A DNA stretch of 64,000 bases from contig JAAESG010000001.1 in NCBI GenBank assembly GCA_024229615.1, positions 907 to 64,906 on the forward strand, read 5' to 3'. Positions 58,771-64,000 of the stretch are shown piece by piece (the first letter of the stretch is position 1; every line of letters begins with the position of its first letter). Origin of the DNA: Gammaproteobacteria bacterium (GTDB lineage: Bacteria > Pseudomonadota > Gammaproteobacteria > GCA-001735895). The translations under genes were made by a program, and so were the position numbers. Under the pieces are notes generated by a model, which saw nothing but the letters and a program-made list of their open reading frames with translations, was not told the origin of the DNA and did not search any database.

Positions 58771-60869
58771 TGGGTTCTGGACTTGTTGAGTGCGATCAGG
58801 GCGTCCACGGCCACCGCTTCGTGCTCATTAACCAACACGGGATTGATATCTATTTCGGCGATGCTGTCGTGAAATTCGAAAGCAATGCGCGATAGCGCGA
58901 CGATCGCATCGATCAGTGCTTGCCGGTTTACCGCGGGTTTACCACGGACGCCTTGCAGCAATCGGTTTACCTTAAGCGAGGAAAGCATTTCATCGGCCTG
59001 TCGCGAGTTGACCGGGCATATTGCCACCGAGCGATCGGATAGTAACTCGACCAGTATGCCCCCGGCGGCGACCATGATGATTGGGCCAAACTGCGGATCA
59101 TTTAAGGTTCCGAGCGCAATTTCGACGCCCGCGGCGACCATTTGCGAGACCAGTGCTTTCGGACCCAGGCGTTGGCAAAGGTCGGAATAGTGCTCCGATA
59201 AATCAACTTCAGATTGAATGTTGACGAATACCCCGTTGCTGTCGCTTTTATGGTTGATACCGATCTCGGCGGTTTTAAGCACGAGTGGATAGCCGATACG
59301 CCTGGCTGTCTTTAACAGGCTCGAAACGTTTGAAACGGTTTCGTGTTTAACCACGTTCACCGAAAAATCTTTCAGTAAAGCAAGCGCCTCTGCCTCACCA
59401 ATTGTTTCGTTCTGATCGGCTGCCAGTTTCCGCTGCCAGGCATCCACTGGCTCGCGCTCGAGTTGGAGCAATGGATCTTGCTTGTCCCGATGACGCTTGA
59501 ATTCGCGGTAGTCGAACAGGTGCTTGAACGCAAGCAGGGTTTCATGTGCGCCATCGATAAGCGGAATTCCAGCTGCATGTGCCTGTCGTCCGATGGTCGA
59601 ATTCGCGAGGTCTGAATAACAGGTCGCAAGCGCGATCGGTTTGGCGGTTTGCCTGCTAACTGCCTCCACTATCCGGTAGATTGCTTCTGAAAGAAAGTAG
59701 CCGTCGCGATAGTTGCTGATAAACGCCCCTGCTGCGACGTTGGGATCTCGCATCAACGCACTCATGCAAGCCTCAAATCGTTCCTCAAAATGGTCATGCG
59801 AGCCCCAGGCATCGAGCGGGTTTTCGGCCTTCAGCCCGGGATCGAGGTTTTCTGTGATCACCTCCCGGGTCGAATCTTCGAGCTGGGCAAACCCTATGCC
59901 GAGCTCGAAAGCCTCGTCGGTGACCAGCTCGCGAAATCCACCTGATTCGAAAACGGCGGAAAAACCACCTTCCCCGGCTTCGCGCCCTGATTGCAGCAGC
60001 ATCAGTATCGACGCCATTTCATCGAAATCATTCACCTCGATCACACCGTAGCGTTTGAACAGCGCCTGGAATACGGCGTGGTTACCGGCAATTGCACCGG
60101 TGTGGGTCAGTGCCATCGCCGCGCTCAATGGTGATTTACCGATTTTCAGAACCACGACCGGGATATTTTTTTGATTGGCTTTTTCGAGCGCGTCGATAAA
60201 CGCTGACGGGTCACGTACCGTTTCGAGGAACAGACCTATCACCCGGGTATCGCCTTGGTCGAGGCTCCAGTCCATGTAATCGGCAACGCTGGTGGTGATC
60301 TCGGTGCCGGCAGAAACACAGAGGTTAAAACCGAGTCGGCAACCGTTGTGGCACAGCGTAGTGAAAGCCGATCCCGATTGGGCAATGTAACTAATTTCTC
60401 CCTTGATGATCTCCGCAGCACGCGGGAAAATGCCCGCGTACAGGTTATGGCTGACACTGTAAAATCCCATGCCGTTGATGCCGCAAATCTCAATATCGGC
60501 TGTGTCAGCCATCTTCGCCAGACGATCCGTCAACTTCGGTTCCGAATCCTGCGCGAGCACGCCACTGGAATAAATGGTCGCGGCTTTTGCGCCATGTTCG
60601 ATCGTTGCTTTGAGCGCGGCTTCGAGGTGCTGGTTGCCCAGAGCGATGACGACGTGATCCACCCTGACCGGCAATGATTCGAGGTTGGGGTGGCAGGGCC
60701 GTCCGAGTAATTTCCGGTAACGCGGGTTGACCAGGTAGACTTCACCGGTGTAGTCAGAACCGACAACCATATTTGCCAAAACCTGCCCGGGGCTGTCGCG
60801 GCGCTCGGAAACCCCTACCAGTGCAATACTACCTGGCTTCAGCAGGGGGTCTAACCGATGTTTACTCAT
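58764..60869 (-). CDS. acyl-CoA synthetase (NDP-forming; acetate--CoA ligase [ADP-forming] family: CoA-binding + ligase-CoA + ATP-grasp domains)
   Basis: N-terminal CoA-binding SIALVGVSER...; 701-aa three-domain architecture. Confidence 0.85.
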   Translation of the reverse strand: MSKHRLDPLLKPGSIALVGVSERRDSPGQVLANMVVGSDYTGEVYLVNPRYRKLLGRPCHPNLESLPVRVDHVVIALGNQHLEAALKATIEHGAKAATIYSSGVLAQDSEPKLTDRLAKMADTADIEICGINGMGFYSVSHNLYAGIFPRAAEIIKGEISYIAQSGSAFTTLCHNGCRLGFNLCVSAGTEITTSVADYMDWSLDQGDTRVIGLFLETVRDPSAFIDALEKANQKNIPVVVLKIGKSPLSAAMALTHTGAIAGNHAVFQALFKRYGVIEVNDFDEMASILMLLQSGREAGEGGFSAVFESGGFRELVTDEAFELGIGFAQLEDSTREVITENLDPGLKAENPLDAWGSHDHFEERFEACMSALMRDPNVAAGAFISNYRDGYFLSEAIYRIVEAVSRQTAKPIALATCYSDLANSTIGRQAHAAGIPLIDGAHETLLAFKHLFDYREFKRHRDKQDPLLQLEREPVDAWQRKLAADQNETIGEAEALALLKDFSVNVVKHETVSNVSSLLKTARRIGYPLVLKTAEIGINHKSDSNGVFVNIQSEVDLSEHYSDLCQRLGPKALVSQMVAAGVEIALGTLNDPQFGPIIMVAAGGILVELLSDRSVAICPVNSRQADEMLSSLKVNRLLQGVRGKPAVNRQALIDAIVALSRIAFEFHDSIAEIDINPVLVNEHEAVAVDALIALNKSRTQC

Positions 60870-61695
60870 CCTGAGCGAGTCTGGCCTCGCGCCATGCGAG
60901 TGCCGCCTTCATGCCCTCGCTGCGCAAAATCTGATTAAAGCGTTTACGTAGTTCGGTTTCCAGAGTCTCGATTTTGATTGAGGTGTCGGCGCCCATGCGC
61001 AAGGCTTTGCCGAGACCCATGATTTCATAGGTCTGATTGATTGCCTGTTTGGTCAATTTTACCGAATCCGGGTCCATCAATGCGACCTCGCGCGCGAGTG
61101 CGATACCCTGTTTCAAAGCTTCGCCCTCGACCACCACCTCGTTGACGATGCCATGTTGCAGGGCTTCGTCAGCACGCATACGGTCATGCCCGCTGAGCAG
61201 CATCTTCTTGGCACGCTTGGGGTTGACATACCAGGGCAGCAACAGCGCTACGATGCTGCTGCCGAAGCGCAGCTCGGGTTCACCGAACAGAGCACTGGTA
61301 TCGCAAACACTCATATCACAGGCGAGCGCGATTTCGAAGCCGCCGGCCAGCACGTAGCCGTGCAGCGCGGCAATCGTCGGCTTGCTGCAATGCCAGAAGC
61401 GCATGATGAGATTCAGATCGATGTCGATCGCATGACGCCAGTCGGCCTCGCCGCGACGATTGGTGGCTACTCCGGCCTGTAAGTCGAAGCCTGAACTGAA
61501 AGCACGTCCGTTGCCGTTAACGACGATCGCATGTACCCCATCATTGCCCTCCAGGTCATCCAGTGCACGCCCGATTTCGTCAATCATGGTCGCGTTGATG
61601 GCGTTGAGTTTCGCGGGTCGGTTCAGGCTGATAACGGCGACGGGCCCATGCTGGTTCAGCTCGATGGTTTCACACGACATGGATTTGTCTGACAA
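60862..61695 (-). CDS. enoyl-CoA hydratase/isomerase (crotonase) family protein
   Basis: GNGRAFSSGFDL oxyanion-hole motif. Confidence 0.85.
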   Translation of the reverse strand: MSDKSMSCETIELNQHGPVAVISLNRPAKLNAINATMIDEIGRALDDLEGNDGVHAIVVNGNGRAFSSGFDLQAGVATNRRGEADWRHAIDIDLNLIMRFWHCSKPTIAALHGYVLAGGFEIALACDMSVCDTSALFGEPELRFGSSIVALLLPWYVNPKRAKKMLLSGHDRMRADEALQHGIVNEVVVEGEALKQGIALAREVALMDPDSVKLTKQAINQTYEIMGLGKALRMGADTSIKIETLETELRKRFNQILRSEGMKAALAWREARLAQDE

Positions 61696-61807
61696 ATAGC
61701 AACAGGTCGATTATATTGGCAAAAAGGAGAGCTGCAAATACTTCTTTGCCTAATGCTCGCAGCGTGGCTAAAATCGCCGATGTTGCGATAAATCCAGGCT
61801 TAGTACC

Positions 61808-62239
61808 ATGTCATCGTCGCCTTACAACGCCACCGGCGAATACCAACCCGAATCGACGCTGAAATTACCCGACTTATTCGCCTGGCCACCGCGACCCCTG
61901 AATGCTTTGCGCTGGGTATGCTTCGATATGCTGTTTCCGTGGGGGTTTTTTTACATCGCGCTCGCGTTCATATCCTGGTACTACCTGACGCCTTCGCTGG
62001 CAAGCATGACCGAATTCTCGGCCGCATGGATAGCACAGATCTGGCTACGCAACGCGGCACTGTTGACCCTGGTGGCGACTGGTTCGATCAATTGCATCAT
62101 CAGTATTTCAATCTCAATTTTGGCAATACGGGCGCACCGCTGGATGCTGCTTTCGGCAGCTGGCATGACGGCAGTAAGGAATCATTGCTGGTCCAGAAAG
62201 GGCGTAAGCGCCGGCAACGCCGTCGGACCACCTGAGTAG
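61808..62239 (+). pseudogene. remnant of a fatty-acid hydroxylase / sterol desaturase family gene (frameshifted, internally deleted)
   Basis: Frame A encodes TM segments (WVCFDMLFPWGFFYIALAFISWYYL). The overlapping +1-shifted frame encodes a C-terminal His box and tail (DWFDQLHHQYFNLNFGNTGAPLDAAFGSWHDG). Only one of the three His boxes is present and the total is about 143 aa. Confidence 0.5.
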
Positions 62240-62244
62240 TAGCC

Positions 62245-63798
62245 ATGTCTGAAGCTGAAGCTGGCGCTCGCGCCAAACGTAAACGCCGCCGCCGCGAGCC
62301 GGGCTCGACCCGCGCAGAATCGAGGTTTCCGAGATTAAGCGGCATAGTCGGTGGGCGATATCATCCGTTGAATGAATCCGACTTGCCGCAGGTCGATCGG
62401 GCTGTGCGTAAGATCTTGCAGGATGTAGGTATGTCTGAAGCCCCCGATATGGTGATCGAACAGGTGACCCGGGCCGGAGGCAGTATCGATGCGGATGGAC
62501 GCCTGAGATTTCCGGCTGATTTGATCGAACGCGCGCTCGCCGGGTTGCCGCGTAATTTTGTACTTTGCGGTCAGCAAATCGAGCACGATATGCATCTCGG
62601 TGGACGGCGTGTCCACGTCGGTTCCGGGGGTGCCGCACCGATGATTCTCGATCTCGAAAGTGGGCGTTATCGGGAATCCAGTTTGCGCGATCTTTACGAT
62701 GCCGCGCGCGTCGTCGACAGTCTCGAGCATATCCATTTCTTCAGTCGCTCACTGGTCGCGCGCGACATGCCCGACCTGCACAGTCTCGATATCAACACAG
62801 CCTATGCCTGCCTGGCAGGCACCGGTAAACACGTTTTTACCTCGGTGTCGATCGCCGAGAACGTCAAAGAGATTGCTGAAATGTGTTTCACTATCGCGGG
62901 ATCGCCTGAGGCCTTTTATGCCCGTCCGTTCCTCTCGCTGAACATCAATATGCCGGTTCCACCGATGCGTTTCGATGCGGATTCCTGCGAGGTCATGGCA
63001 GAGGCCGCGCGTCTGGGTATTCCGCTACATTCCAATACCTTCGGCCAAATGGGTGCATCGAGCCCGGTGACTGTCGCCGGAACTGTCGCGCAGACTATTG
63101 CCGAAACCCTGTCCGGCATGATCTTCGCGTGGTTAATCAATCCCGAGGCAAAGGTGATTTTCGGTGCACGACCACTAGTGGCCGATTTACGCACCGGCGC
63201 GATGAGTGGCGGTAGCGGTGAAGCGGCGATCACGATGGCGGCCAGTGCGCAAATGGCGAATTATTATGACCTGCCCAACTCTACCATTGCCGGTGCCTCC
63301 GACAGCAAATTGGCCGATGCGCAAAGCGGATATGAAAAATGTTTAACCGTTGAACTCGCTGCTCAGGCAGGTTCTAACCTAATTACCCAGGCCGGCGGCA
63401 TGCAGGCCAGCCTGATGGGTTGTGCCTTGGAGAGCTATGTCATCGATAACGATATGCTCGGTAGCGTCATGAAATCGCTGACCGAAATCGAGGTCAACGA
63501 GGCAACCCTGGCTATCGACACGATCGATGAAGTAGTACGCGGTGACGGTCACTTTCTCGGCCAGCCCGAAACCTTGCAACGTATGCAAAGCGATTTCCTT
63601 TACCCGGAAATCGGTGATCGTCGCACTATTGATGAATGGGAAGCCGATGGTTCGAAGGATATTCGCGAGGTCGCGCGCGAACGCACCCGGCAAATTCTGA
63701 AACAACATTACCCCAAACATATTTCTACCGAAATGGACCGCATGCTGCGTGACAGATTTGATATACGATTGCCCGTGGAGGCGATGATAGAACCATGA
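62245..63798 (+). CDS. MttB-superfamily (trimethylamine methyltransferase family, non-pyrrolysine) quaternary-amine methyltransferase
   Basis: 517 aa; Arg/Lys-rich N-terminus followed by GGRYHPLNESDLPQVDRAVRKILQDVGM, and TIM-barrel MttB pattern. No in-frame TAG. Confidence 0.85.
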   Translation: MSEAEAGARAKRKRRRREPGSTRAESRFPRLSGIVGGRYHPLNESDLPQVDRAVRKILQDVGMSEAPDMVIEQVTRAGGSIDADGRLRFPADLIERALAGLPRNFVLCGQQIEHDMHLGGRRVHVGSGGAAPMILDLESGRYRESSLRDLYDAARVVDSLEHIHFFSRSLVARDMPDLHSLDINTAYACLAGTGKHVFTSVSIAENVKEIAEMCFTIAGSPEAFYARPFLSLNINMPVPPMRFDADSCEVMAEAARLGIPLHSNTFGQMGASSPVTVAGTVAQTIAETLSGMIFAWLINPEAKVIFGARPLVADLRTGAMSGGSGEAAITMAASAQMANYYDLPNSTIAGASDSKLADAQSGYEKCLTVELAAQAGSNLITQAGGMQASLMGCALESYVIDNDMLGSVMKSLTEIEVNEATLAIDTIDEVVRGDGHFLGQPETLQRMQSDFLYPEIGDRRTIDEWEADGSKDIREVARERTRQILKQHYPKHISTEMDRMLRDRFDIRLPVEAMIEP

Positions 63799-64000
63799 AG
63801 ATAGCAATTTTCGGAGTGGGTGCGATGGGCTCGGTTTACGCCGCTTTGATGGCCGAAGCCGGGCATGATATCTGGGCGGTCGATATCTGGCAGGACCATG
63901 TCGATGCGATCAATGCGTCAGGTTTGCGCATCGAAGGTGCCAGTGGTGATCGCCTGGTGCAGGGTATCCGAGCGACTACCAATGCCGATGAGGTCGGCGA
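63795..64000 (+). CDS. 2-dehydropantoate 2-reductase (ApbA/PanE)-like NAD(P)-binding protein, C-terminally cut by the window edge
   Basis: MKIAIFGVGAMGSVYAALMAEAGHDIWAVD Rossmann N-terminus. ATG overlaps the MttB stop (ATGA). Not in the track because it has no stop in the window. Confidence 0.6.
   Translation, partial: MKIAIFGVGAMGSVYAALMAEAGHDIWAVDIWQDHVDAINASGLRIEGASGDRLVQGIRATTNADEVG

Noticed and set aside
1-64000. Prophage, integron or conjugative element, or an anti-phage defence island
   Set aside because: No integrase, transposase, recombinase, nuclease/ATPase defence signatures or att-like tRNA junctions were recognised. The mobile content is limited to non-autonomous MITE-like repeats.

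Overview
64 kb of chromosomal DNA, about 55% GC, with the gene content of a marine-type gammaproteobacterium: a complete Na+-translocating NADH:quinone reductase operon (nqrABCDEF-nqrM), TRAP and DMT transporters, trpBA and recQ. Coding density is high and nearly all ORFs can be placed in known families from sequence motifs alone. I found no rRNA, tRNA, CRISPR array, integrase, transposase or phage genes. The provided ORF track uses ATG/GTG/TTG starts and omits ORFs that run off the window edge. I therefore re-derived several starts (aspC-like, trpA, trpB, nqrF, ychJ, methyltransferase, CBS, outer-membrane beta-barrel protein) and added two edge-truncated genes plus a 47-aa NqrM that the track missed. 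What is unusual is the non-coding and accessory content. (1) At least two families of miniature inverted-repeat (MITE-like) elements, with 3 and 2 copies; two copies abut and supply the stop codons of flanking genes. (2) A 319-bp element bounded by a 26/30-bp terminal stem, wedged immediately upstream of a cation:proton antiporter and carrying a translationally coupled 94-codon upstream ORF. (3) A 167-bp nested hairpin in a divergent promoter. (4) Two pseudogenes: a YHS-domain gene with in-frame TGA and TAG, and a fatty-acid-hydroxylase remnant. Two gene sets stand out. One is a predicted amidohydrolase/deacetylase catabolic cluster headed by a Rieske-glutamate-synthase-like fusion protein. 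The other is an uncharacterised DUF1538-DUF1538-PII-like-CBS operon that looks like a nucleotide-gated membrane transport module. All functional calls rest on motif recognition from the sequence; no database searches were run.
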